28,085 bases of DNA from Promethearchaeota archaeon (GTDB taxonomy: Archaea; Asgardarchaeota; Lokiarchaeia; Sigyniarchaeales; SOKP01). Positions 18,323-26,781 of this stretch are shown here, in pieces. Position 1 is the first letter of the stretch, and the number at the start of each line of letters is the position of its first letter. The DNA lies in assembly GCA_048938895.1 (NCBI GenBank), contig JBHLLU010000052.1, forward strand, positions 1 through 28,085, read 5' to 3'. Position numbers and translations under genes: made by a program. The notes under the pieces are model-generated. The model saw only the letters and a program-made list of their open reading frames with translations, was not told where the DNA came from and ran no database searches.

Positions 18323-18613
18323 TCAATGAAAATCTCCTTCCCAGATTTCTATGAATTTCTTTAAACTACGTGCTTTTATGTTTTCGGTTTTGTATCTAAA
18401 TATCTTAATCCTTCCAAAATTTTTCTCTTGAATTAAATTCAAATTTTTAAGATGGTTGAGATGCTTTATTACATTAGAATAATTTAATTTAGTATGATTA
18501 ATAATTAGTGAAATTGTCAATTCTTCATTCTGAGCTAATGTCTTTATGATTTTAACTCTAGCTTTCGATCCAAAGAGATTTTCAATTAAAAATTTATTCT
18601 CTGATATCATCAT
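18323..18613 (-). CDS. Winged-helix (ArsR-like) DNA-binding protein
   Basis: LFGSKARVKII..L, LTIS.I...TKLNYSNV.KHL..L...NLI.EK.FGRIKIF. Confidence 0.88.
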   Translation of the reverse strand: MMISENKFLIENLFGSKARVKIIKTLAQNEELTISLIINHTKLNYSNVIKHLNHLKNLNLIQEKNFGRIKIFRYKTENIKARSLKKFIEIWEGDFH

Positions 18614-18615
18614 CT

Positions 18616-19815
18616 TTAAATGTTTAATCCTTTTGATTGCAGTATCTCAATGACAATTTTCTCCAATTTTTTTAAGTCTATTTCTGGAATTTGAACTAAA
18701 GCCCTTCTTCCCCTAATCTTTTCCCCTAGAATTTCAATCAAAATAATACCTTCACGTTTAAATTCTTGAAGATAATTCCATAATTGGGAATTAGATCTAG
18801 ACTGAAGCCCATAATTTTCACAAATAATTTGATATCTTTTCAAAATTTCAATAAACGAGATTTTGGTCTTAAAAGAATTTTTTAATCCTTTCATTATAGC
18901 AAGTAAGAAAAATAACTTTTGTGAAGTCATATATTTTAAGACATCCAAAGTTGAAAATGGTACTAATTCTTGACTTCCAAGTCTAATACATTCTGAGTCT
19001 ATATAGTTTAAATTTCTGCTTTCTGCAATTTTTGCTGCTTTCCATAATACGTTCAAACCATTTCTGATGTCGCCATTCAAATAGGTTATATCAGCAATAG
19101 CTTTAAGTGAATCATCAGATATAACATTTTCTTTTAAGCTAAGATAAGCTCTATATTTTAGAATGTCAAATATTTGTTCTTTAGAATAATTACTAAATTT
19201 AATTATATTTCTCTGTAATGAACTTACAGTACTATAGTCCAAATTGTTTAAACATGAAGTGTCTCTTACTATCCCAATAATTGATATTCTTTCATGAAAT
19301 TCTATTGAGTCATCGTTGATTCGAGTAAGAGCATAAATTAAATCCTCCCCTCTATTAATAAGATAATTCAACTCATCTAACACTATTAAAATGTGAAAGT
19401 CCTGTTGGTTGAGAAAATCTGAAAGAATTTCTAATAAGTCTTGAGGAGAATATCCTCTCTTAGGAAAATTTTCATTTAATACTCGAATAGTTTTTATTAA
19501 TACTTTGTAGCTTGTTCTCTCCTTTCGACAGTTAATATGAGCATATTTTATTTCTACATTTCGTTCTTTTGATATTTTTTGAAGGATCCTTCCAAAATAT
19601 TTTATTGTTGCTGTCTTTCCGATGCCTGTTTTACCTGTAATTAGAATTTTCCTGGATATAGAATTAGGATTTGTAATAAGTGTTAAAAATAATTGTGAAA
19701 GTAAGGATAATTCTTTATCTCGATGAGGTAATTTTGCAGGAATGAAATTCATGTCAAGTTTACTTTCATCTTGAAATAATGATGGTTTATTTAGTAACTC
19801 TTCGAAATATTCCAT
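18616..19815 (-). CDS. cdc6: Orc1/Cdc6 replication initiator
   Basis: FIPAKLPHRDKE, Walker A GKTGIGKT, INCR, Walker B IVLDE, GDIR sensor II, C-terminal wH with RGR. Confidence 0.96.
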   Translation of the reverse strand: MEYFEELLNKPSLFQDESKLDMNFIPAKLPHRDKELSLLSQLFLTLITNPNSISRKILITGKTGIGKTATIKYFGRILQKISKERNVEIKYAHINCRKERTSYKVLIKTIRVLNENFPKRGYSPQDLLEILSDFLNQQDFHILIVLDELNYLINRGEDLIYALTRINDDSIEFHERISIIGIVRDTSCLNNLDYSTVSSLQRNIIKFSNYSKEQIFDILKYRAYLSLKENVISDDSLKAIADITYLNGDIRNGLNVLWKAAKIAESRNLNYIDSECIRLGSQELVPFSTLDVLKYMTSQKLFFLLAIMKGLKNSFKTKISFIEILKRYQIICENYGLQSRSNSQLWNYLQEFKREGIILIEILGEKIRGRRALVQIPEIDLKKLEKIVIEILQSKGLNI

Positions 19816-20081
19816 TATAACAACGATTTCCTAATAAGAATTTAGTATAAATGTAAAAAAAGATCGTTTATAATAAAATACAGAGTAGTAATTTTTTTAA
19901 TAAAAAATTAAAATAAATCAATATGATAATCTTATTTTCACTGGCGCAATTTTCAAATATTTTTAGCTTTCCAATTAAATAGATAAAAATTATAGACAAA
20001 ACCTTTCTTTAATCTTAAGATATCGATCTTAAATCTTATAGTTCTAATTATTCACATGTTAAAGGGTAATTCATATAGGAT

Positions 20082-21287
20082 TTAATATTTAATGATAACT
20101 TCTGCCAACATTTTTTTCCTTTCTTTCTTTATTTTGTATATTATAGGAAAAGGGGCTACAAGTGAGATTATTGAAATAGTTATAATCAAGAATGTATTTG
20201 TATTTAAAGCATTATTTTCGTTTAAGTTCTCTTTATTTAAGCAGAGTGAAATAGTTTTGTTTTGTAGGACTTTATTTCCGTAATATTGGAAAATAAGTGT
20301 TATTTCATCAGTTTCATCAGTAATATTTAAAATTGTACGGGAGATGATAAATACTAAAATACCATTATTATCAGTGTTATTTAAATATGAATAGATTAAT
20401 TTTTGACGATTATGAATCTCAATTTTTATACTTTGATTCTTAAGTGGCATCTTTGAATTATTAAAATAATAATAGTAGCTTAATTGAATAAATAAATTTT
20501 TCTTTTTAATTAATTGATTGTTCATTTCTATAATATTGATGAACACCGGATTTCTTTCAACAAGAACTTCATACTGAAATATAGTATTATTATAGACATT
20601 GTTTGGTCCAATTTCAAATATCAGCGTATTCAAACCAACCTCCAATTGTTCTAAAGAACTGAGAGAAACTTCTATACATCCGAACTGATCTGTAGTGAAA
20701 TTTTGTAGAAAAATATTGGTCCCATTAGCTTCAATTTTTAATATAACAAATTGATTTTTTATTGATGAACCATTCTCTAATTCATCATCATAGAATTTTG
20801 CAGAAAAAGTTAAATCTTCACTATAATTTATGTGATTCTTGAAACCTATTAAATAACATAAGGGAATCCGTTTATATATTGTAATTTCTTCTGTGTCTTT
20901 TAGAAATGGATGTAATTTTCCGTCCCAATAATAGAAATACAACCTGATGTAAATTTTATTTGAATAATTTGAAAATGTGGTTCCTAATTGAGTTGTATTA
21001 ATGTTCCATTGTTCTGTAAAGAAACCTATCTCGTCATACCACGAAGAATTCCAAATATGATTACTTAAAGAATCATAAATATGTAATTGGATGTAACCAT
21101 ACTCCGAAAAAGGATCATAATCAAGCGTCCATGATGCATTTATCCTAATTTCTTCATTTGTATAATAGCTTTTTTTATCGGTTTCTAAACTAAATACATC
21201 ACACCCATAACTTTTTACAATGTGTAGGATAAATGGAAACTCAAGGATAATAACTATAAAGAATAAATAGAGTAATTTTTTCTTCAC
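20082..21287 (-). CDS. Membrane-anchored cell-surface protein with Ig-like beta-sandwich domains
   Basis: N-terminal KKK plus hydrophobic signal, ETDKKSYY..E and TD..G motifs, many N-x-S/T sequons, C-terminal TM followed by a basic tail. Confidence 0.8.
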   Translation of the reverse strand: MKKKLLYLFFIVIILEFPFILHIVKSYGCDVFSLETDKKSYYTNEEIRINASWTLDYDPFSEYGYIQLHIYDSLSNHIWNSSWYDEIGFFTEQWNINTTQLGTTFSNYSNKIYIRLYFYYWDGKLHPFLKDTEEITIYKRIPLCYLIGFKNHINYSEDLTFSAKFYDDELENGSSIKNQFVILKIEANGTNIFLQNFTTDQFGCIEVSLSSLEQLEVGLNTLIFEIGPNNVYNNTIFQYEVLVERNPVFINIIEMNNQLIKKKNLFIQLSYYYYFNNSKMPLKNQSIKIEIHNRQKLIYSYLNNTDNNGILVFIISRTILNITDETDEITLIFQYYGNKVLQNKTISLCLNKENLNENNALNTNTFLIITISIISLVAPFPIIYKIKKERKKMLAEVIIKY

Positions 21288-21394
21288 ACCACAAATTTCT
21301 ATGATAAACTATAAAAACTAAAATAAATACAAAAAAATTTAATTTATTGTTAATTTAAAATCAAAACTATAATAATACAAAATAAAAAAATATA

Positions 21395-21589
21395 ATGGGA
21401 AAAGTACGAACAATTTTAATCAAAAATGTATCCAAAGAACTAATAAATAAATATCCTGATGTATTTACTACTGATTTTGAAAAAAATAAAAAACTTCTAG
21501 ATAAATACCTCGAGACTGATTCAAAACATTTGAGGAATCGAATATCAGGATACATAGTTAATTTATTAAAAATAAGAAATAGAGAATAA
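21395..21589 (+). CDS. rps17e: 30S ribosomal protein eS17
   Basis: MGKVRT..IK, FTTDFEKNK, SKHLRNRISGY. Confidence 0.97.
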   Translation: MGKVRTILIKNVSKELINKYPDVFTTDFEKNKKLLDKYLETDSKHLRNRISGYIVNLLKIRNRE

Positions 21590-21675
21590 CTATTACATTA
21601 TTGCCTTAATTAGAGGTTACTAGTTTACATAAATACAGAAGCAAAGGGATAAAGATTAACGAAAATATTAAAAAA

Positions 21676-22032
21676 ATGGCCGATCTCCTCAGAACGGGAC
21701 ATACTATGCTGAATATTGCATGCCCTATTTGTAATAACCCAATATTTAAGAATAGAGAGGGAAAAAAATTCTGTCCTAGTTGTAATAGAGAAGTTATTGT
21801 TAGCAATTCCATTCCTGCTCAAAAATTTGAAGAAAGTGAGGAAAAGTTAAAAAATGTTCAAGATATAAAGGATTCTTCTAATAAAGAAGTTGAAAATTTA
21901 ATAAGGATAGTAATTGTTAAAAAAATTCATTTTATTTTAGAAAAATTAGAAACAGCAACTGAAACAGAACTAATTAAAAACTATTCCAATATTTTATCGG
22001 GTCTTTATGATTTACTCAAGAAGTTAATGTAA
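21676..22032 (+). CDS. UPF0148 / SSSCA1 (autoantigen p27)-family Zn-finger protein
   Basis: MADLLRTGHTML..ACP.C..PIF......FCPSC; the true start may be upstream (ATT at 21655). Confidence 0.88.
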   Translation: MADLLRTGHTMLNIACPICNNPIFKNREGKKFCPSCNREVIVSNSIPAQKFEESEEKLKNVQDIKDSSNKEVENLIRIVIVKKIHFILEKLETATETELIKNYSNILSGLYDLLKKLM

Positions 22033-22147
22033 TCTTAATTCAAAACATAAAAGTCTCTCACTTATTAACTTATATAATTTTTCTAATGAAATTTAAAGCA
22101 TGGTATTAAAACTTATTTCATAAAATATATCAAGGGAGAATTTATAA

Positions 22148-22259
22148 TGCTTCTGCCGGGATTTGAACCCGGGTCCCGAGGGTGAGAGCCTCGGATGCTT
22201 GATCTTAATCCAGTCTCATCAATGAAGGAAATAAATTGACCGGTCTACACTACAGAAGC
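22148..22259 (-). tRNA. tRNA-Glu(CUC) with a 37-nt intron at position 21/22 (22199-22235); CCA not encoded
   Basis: Acceptor GCTTCTG/CAGAAGC, D stem GTGT/GCAT, anticodon arm CGAGG-CT CTC AC-CCTCG, T arm CCGGG-TTCAAAT-CCCGG; spliced length 75 nt. Confidence 0.95.
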
Positions 22260-22420
22260 AATACTAGTTTTTTTAGATTGATTTAATACTAATCTTAATA
22301 AAAATAAATAATTTTAAAAAATTTAATAAAATTTAGGTTTTTAGGAAATAGAAAATATCCTATGAGGATTATAATAAATTTACCACACAGTTGAAGACTT
22401 TTTTATAATTATTTAAGTTC

Positions 22421-23446
22421 TTAATTATTCACGAAAAGAGGTTTTAAAAGATTAACATAATGATCTCTTATTGAATACTCAGCAATATTAGTAGCTTCAG
22501 ATATTATCTTTTGTGTTAAAACAGCTTTTTGCTTGTACTCTTTTGCCAATAATTTATCTGCTAAATAAATTATGGCTCCAGTTAAAATAAAAGGATTTCT
22601 ACCACCGCGATGCCCTATAGGTAGTTCTGCTAATATCAACCGGCACTTTTTAATCAATTTATTCTGAAATTCCTCTCTTGGCCACAACACTGCTTTTTTC
22701 TCCAATCTTTCTAATAAATCTTGATGATGAACTACTTGATTAATCAATCTTATGATGTAATCCTCACTTTTATGAGGTATCGATTCGTTGTTTAGATGAT
22801 GTTTATATTTTATACCATCACGTAATATTAATCTAGGATTCACTCGATGTCCAAAATTTTGAAATGCTTTTGCTATTTCGTTAATCGTAATAGGAGCGTT
22901 ATGATATTCTTTTCTAACAGCGTGAAAAATGCAGAAGGCAATTAATGAAATGTTGTTTATTACTTTTTCTTCACTTTTCAATATTTTTTTATAATAATAT
23001 GCGGCACTATTTCTTATATTTTTATTGAGATTCAAATATAATGAGATTTTGTTCAAAATGTTAAAAATTCTGTATTCTGTTTCATGATTTTTGATCCTTA
23101 AAAACTGGGCATAATTTTTTTTTAACCTTCTAAATAATTTTTGCTCGTTTGGAGGTAGTGGTCTTCCTGTTTTATCTTTTAGAAATCTGGAATTTTCATA
23201 ATCAATAAAAGATCCTAATCCTCCAATAAAGTCCGCTCTTTCTCCCAATGCTACATATTGTTTACTCAAATTACTTGTTTTATTAGTGTTATTAAAAATG
23301 AATGAAGATGTTTTAAAAACACCATTGACAACAAGCCCACATTCGTTACAAATCATTTCAAAACTGTTAACGATAATGTTTCCACCGCATTCAGGGCAAT
23401 TTTCATACTTCTTCTCTTTTATTTCTTTTTGACTAATTATAAACAC
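22421..23446 (-). CDS. Divergent TFB paralog
   Basis: Zn ribbon CPECG...CNECGLV, two cyclin-like repeats (IAFCIFHAVR..APIT..EI; GRNP..LTGAIIYLA), HTH LTQK.ISEATNIAEYSIR. Confidence 0.88.
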   Translation of the reverse strand: MFIISQKEIKEKKYENCPECGGNIIVNSFEMICNECGLVVNGVFKTSSFIFNNTNKTSNLSKQYVALGERADFIGGLGSFIDYENSRFLKDKTGRPLPPNEQKLFRRLKKNYAQFLRIKNHETEYRIFNILNKISLYLNLNKNIRNSAAYYYKKILKSEEKVINNISLIAFCIFHAVRKEYHNAPITINEIAKAFQNFGHRVNPRLILRDGIKYKHHLNNESIPHKSEDYIIRLINQVVHHQDLLERLEKKAVLWPREEFQNKLIKKCRLILAELPIGHRGGRNPFILTGAIIYLADKLLAKEYKQKAVLTQKIISEATNIAEYSIRDHYVNLLKPLFVNN

Positions 23447-23669
23447 TTAGATTATGTGATTTTAAGTAATATGTCGGTATTCTCTTTTATTTTAAAAATG
23501 TAGAACGATTGTGAGATTAAATGAACTAATTAACTTTCCAAATGAAATAAATAACCTAGGGGAATCAGAGAGAGATAATTAAAAGTAAAATTTTAGGGAT
23601 TTAAATCATCTAATTTTAAGTTATATTGATTAAATTCATGTATACCTAAAATAAGCATGGAGGTGTTAA

Positions 23670-23903
23670 ATGAAGATAAATAATAAACTTGAACACATTG
23701 AAAATATACCAAAAAATAATATAATGCTACTTAAAGATATTAAGAAAAAATTAAACCAGATTTTTAAAGGAAAAAGAGGAATAATGTATTCAGATATTAT
23801 TAATTTGATAATTAGAGAAGGTAAAGAAGGAGAAAATTATAATAATCTAATATTATGGTGTAATTACAAGATTAGATTAGGAGAAACTTTTGTAGAAATC
23901 TAA
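23670..23903 (+). CDS. Small hypothetical protein
   Basis: 77-aa ORF preceded by a strong GGAGGTG Shine-Dalgarno. Confidence 0.75.
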   Translation: MKINNKLEHIENIPKNNIMLLKDIKKKLNQIFKGKRGIMYSDIINLIIREGKEGENYNNLILWCNYKIRLGETFVEI

Positions 23904-24101
23904 TTATCCCTAATTTGATATTGCTCCTAAATAAAATTTAATTTGTAAAAAAATTAAAATACCAAAAAGGAATTATAAATACTTAATTATAATAGTACTA
24001 AATTATTTATTTTAATATAAGCTAGAAACAATTTTTATTGATCACTAATTTTAATCTAAAATATTCAAATGAATAATTGATTTACTAAGGTAATATTTTC
24101 C

Positions 24102-24788
24102 ATGGTTCGATTTACAGCAGATCATAAGGTTTATATAAAAATTCTTTATTGGGGTATGGCGGGATCGGGAAAAACAACAATTGTGGATACATTATATCGA
24201 TTTACAAAAGAGAATGAAAAAGATATTGCCCCAACTGGTAATTTAACAAAAATCTCAATGGCAAGCGGATCAACTCTGTATTTTGACAGAGGGATTTTCA
24301 TGTCTACAAAACAAAAAAGTAGAGGTAAAGTTTTTTATCATGTATATACTGTCGCAGGTCAAAGAAGATTTTCTCCCTTAAGAAAAAAGATTTTTAAAGG
24401 AACGGATGGAGTTATATTTACTGTTGATTCACAAACCCATTTTTTCGAAGATAATATCGAATCTTTAAAGGAATTGAAAAATATTACGAGAGGAAAATTG
24501 ATTAGAGAAATTCCCCTTATAGTTATGTTAAATAAACAGGATCTTACTGAAGTAATAGGAGAAGAAGACTTTAAACAAGTGTTAAAAGATGAAAAATTAT
24601 GGTATGAACCTGAAGATGAATTATATAGATGGAATCCAATCATTTATAAAACATGTGCATTATATGAACAAAGAAGTAACATCTACCGCAGTTTTTCTGA
24701 GTGTGCGAGAAGAACGGGTTTATATCAGATTTATGGTGACGGTGAAGCTCCAATAGGAGACAATGCGAAAGATTTTCGTGAATTTTGA
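24102..24788 (+). CDS. MglA-like small GTPase
   Basis: G1 GMAGSGKTT, TLYFD switch I, TVAGQ G3, NKQD G4, TCAL G5. Confidence 0.92.
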   Translation: MVRFTADHKVYIKILYWGMAGSGKTTIVDTLYRFTKENEKDIAPTGNLTKISMASGSTLYFDRGIFMSTKQKSRGKVFYHVYTVAGQRRFSPLRKKIFKGTDGVIFTVDSQTHFFEDNIESLKELKNITRGKLIREIPLIVMLNKQDLTEVIGEEDFKQVLKDEKLWYEPEDELYRWNPIIYKTCALYEQRSNIYRSFSECARRTGLYQIYGDGEAPIGDNAKDFREF

Positions 24789-25072
24789 ATAATAAGTACT
24801 AATAGTTTATTTAATACTAATTGCTTCTTATATTAATCGAATTTGAATAAGAATATAATAATTTAAGCTAATACATTAATAAGGGAAAATAAAGGTTGTA
24901 AATATTCAATGAAATTAACTAGACAAGGATGATCTACGGAAAGTAGGAATGATAACTTATAGTTACTTTGAGGATTATAAAAACCTCAACTCCCTTATTT
25001 AAATTTCCAAGATTCTAATAAAATATAAAAGTAGGTTATCATTATAATTGACTAACTCTATAAAGATTTGAT

Positions 25073-25266
25073 GTGACTAAAAAACGGGCCTTTATAATAG
25101 AATAAAAGATAACTTACCTAATCAATTCTCAATTTTTCAACTCATGAGTGTTTTAGGAATAGACGCTTCAGAAGTAAGAAAAATAAGAAATTTACTGAAT
25201 CAATTTGTTTTGTATGGTTATATTAAAAGAATTTCAAAAAACATGTACCAAAAAGTTGAAAGCTAA
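25073..25266 (+). pseudogene. Small winged-helix protein with an apparent 1-nt frameshift in an A6 run (or a sequence error); not in the ORF track
   Basis: Open frame 25081-25266 KTGLYNRIKDNLPNQFSIFQLMSVLGIDASEVRKIRNLLNQFVLYGYIKRISKNMYQKVES; GTG at 25073 joins this frame only if A6 (25079-25084) were A7. Confidence 0.6.
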
Positions 25267-25275
25267 GGCTATAAC

Positions 25276-25863
25276 CTAAACTTCTAATTTAATTATTAGC
25301 TGTGGGAAAATAAACTTAATTAATTGGCTGAATGAATCTAATACACCGTCCCCTTTTATTGCTGCTGTTTTTGTTAATGATATTTGTTTGAATTTCACAT
25401 AATTAATACATGAAATGAAATCACCTTCTTGTAGCTTCTTCATTCCAGCTAGATCATATTTATTTAATGAGATGACAATGGGGATATTATAGAATTCATT
25501 GCCAAATAATGACTTCAATTCATTCCAAGAACGCAAATTATGGTTCAAAAATTCTTTTTGAGAATCTACAACAAATATTATTCCATCTACTCCATTTAGG
25601 GTTGCAGGTCTTGTACTTGCATAAAAATCTTGACCTGTTGCAGAGTAGACTAAAAATTTTAAGTTCCATTTAGTACCTTTGAACTGTAATACACCAAAAT
25701 CAAAAAATAATGTTCTTCCTACCGTGCTATCAATCGATTTTAACGAATTTTCTTTATTAAAGCAAGAAAATAGAAATTTTACAGAAGTCGTCTTACCAGA
25801 CATAGCTGGTCCATAATACACAATTTTTACCTGTAAAGTTTTATTCTCAAAATCAAATATCAT
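25276..25863 (-). CDS. mglA: MglA-like small GTPase
   Basis: KIVYYGPAMSGKTT, GRTLFFDF, GQDFY, GVDGIIFVVDSQ, NKYD; ATG at 25863 preferred because it avoids overlap with the upstream gene. Confidence 0.92.
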   Translation of the reverse strand: MIFDFENKTLQVKIVYYGPAMSGKTTSVKFLFSCFNKENSLKSIDSTVGRTLFFDFGVLQFKGTKWNLKFLVYSATGQDFYASTRPATLNGVDGIIFVVDSQKEFLNHNLRSWNELKSLFGNEFYNIPIVISLNKYDLAGMKKLQEGDFISCINYVKFKQISLTKTAAIKGDGVLDSFSQLIKFIFPQLIIKLEV

Positions 25864-25871
25864 AATATATC

Positions 25872-26768
25872 CTAACCCCACAATGAAACAATTTTATCAC
25901 CCATAAATGATTTTTTACCATCTTCAATTAGATCTGAAAAATCTTCTCCCCACTCCTTTCTTATAAATGAAACTATCCGATCAATAGGAACTTCTTCATA
26001 ATCAATAGTTTCAAGCAGAGTTTTACTTCCAATTTTTGTATATGCCCCTATATTGTTGAGTAGGTTCAATCTAGATAGGATAAAGAATGCTCGTTTTGAC
26101 CCAGAATAAAAATTTTGTACTTCTCTTTTAAAAATGTTTTTTTTCAATTCACTCTTCTCAATTTCAAAGTCTAATAATGTTTTTACTAAATCTTTATCCA
26201 GTTGATTTGATGTAATTTTATCATTTAACACCCTCTTCATTTTGATTAGTGATTTTTCAGTGTCTTGAGAGATTTTTTTGAAAATATCTTGTTCAAGAGT
26301 TAAATCTAACGATTTTATATTAATATATTCGAATTCAATTAAGTAGTTATTCAAAATGAGAGAAATATAAAGAACACAATGAGTTTTAGTGTTTATAAAT
26401 TCTCTTAATTTTAATAATTCCTCTTTATGTTTTGGTATTACTATTCCAATAAGCCAGGAATCAATATTCTTAAAAGTATTTAAAGCTTTTATAGCCACTT
26501 CACATGGACATCTAATATGTGCTCTTTGATAATTATAATCGATACTTTCATTTGAAATTAAATCTTCATATTCTTCCAAAGATATGAAATCCGTGTAAAA
26601 AACATAATCTCTTCTAAAATGGATAAGCTCAGATAGTTCAATTAAAAAGTTATTTATCTTTTCTTGATCATCCCCTAAAACTATTATTGGAATTCGATCC
26701 AAAAGACAATATAAAATTTGCGAAATATCATCTCTTTTGAATCTATCTAAGATCTTGAAAAAATTCAT
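25872..26768 (-). CDS. Conserved hypothetical protein, putative DENN-like (cDENN-dDENN) domain
   Basis: ISQILYCLLDRIPIIVLGDD...LSELIHF and SWLIGI patterns resemble the cDENN core, followed by a helical C-terminal domain; fold call is by eye only. Confidence 0.5.
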   Translation of the reverse strand: MNFFKILDRFKRDDISQILYCLLDRIPIIVLGDDQEKINNFLIELSELIHFRRDYVFYTDFISLEEYEDLISNESIDYNYQRAHIRCPCEVAIKALNTFKNIDSWLIGIVIPKHKEELLKLREFINTKTHCVLYISLILNNYLIEFEYINIKSLDLTLEQDIFKKISQDTEKSLIKMKRVLNDKITSNQLDKDLVKTLLDFEIEKSELKKNIFKREVQNFYSGSKRAFFILSRLNLLNNIGAYTKIGSKTLLETIDYEEVPIDRIVSFIRKEWGEDFSDLIEDGKKSFMGDKIVSLWG

Positions 26769-26781
26769 GTTTTCACCACTT

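Noticed and set aside
21200-21287. Lipoprotein signal (SYGC) in the surface protein
   Set aside because: Poor lipobox match, and the protein already has a C-terminal TM anchor
22199-22235. C/D box guide RNA inside the tRNA intron (UUGAUGA present)
   Set aside because: No CUGA D box, and too short for a guide
23536-23562. TTCCAAATGAAATAAATAACCTAGGGG, ORB-like with a G run
   Set aside because: The core lacks TGGAAA, its spacing differs from the 4932/5097 boxes, there is no inverted partner, and it lies in a divergent promoter region
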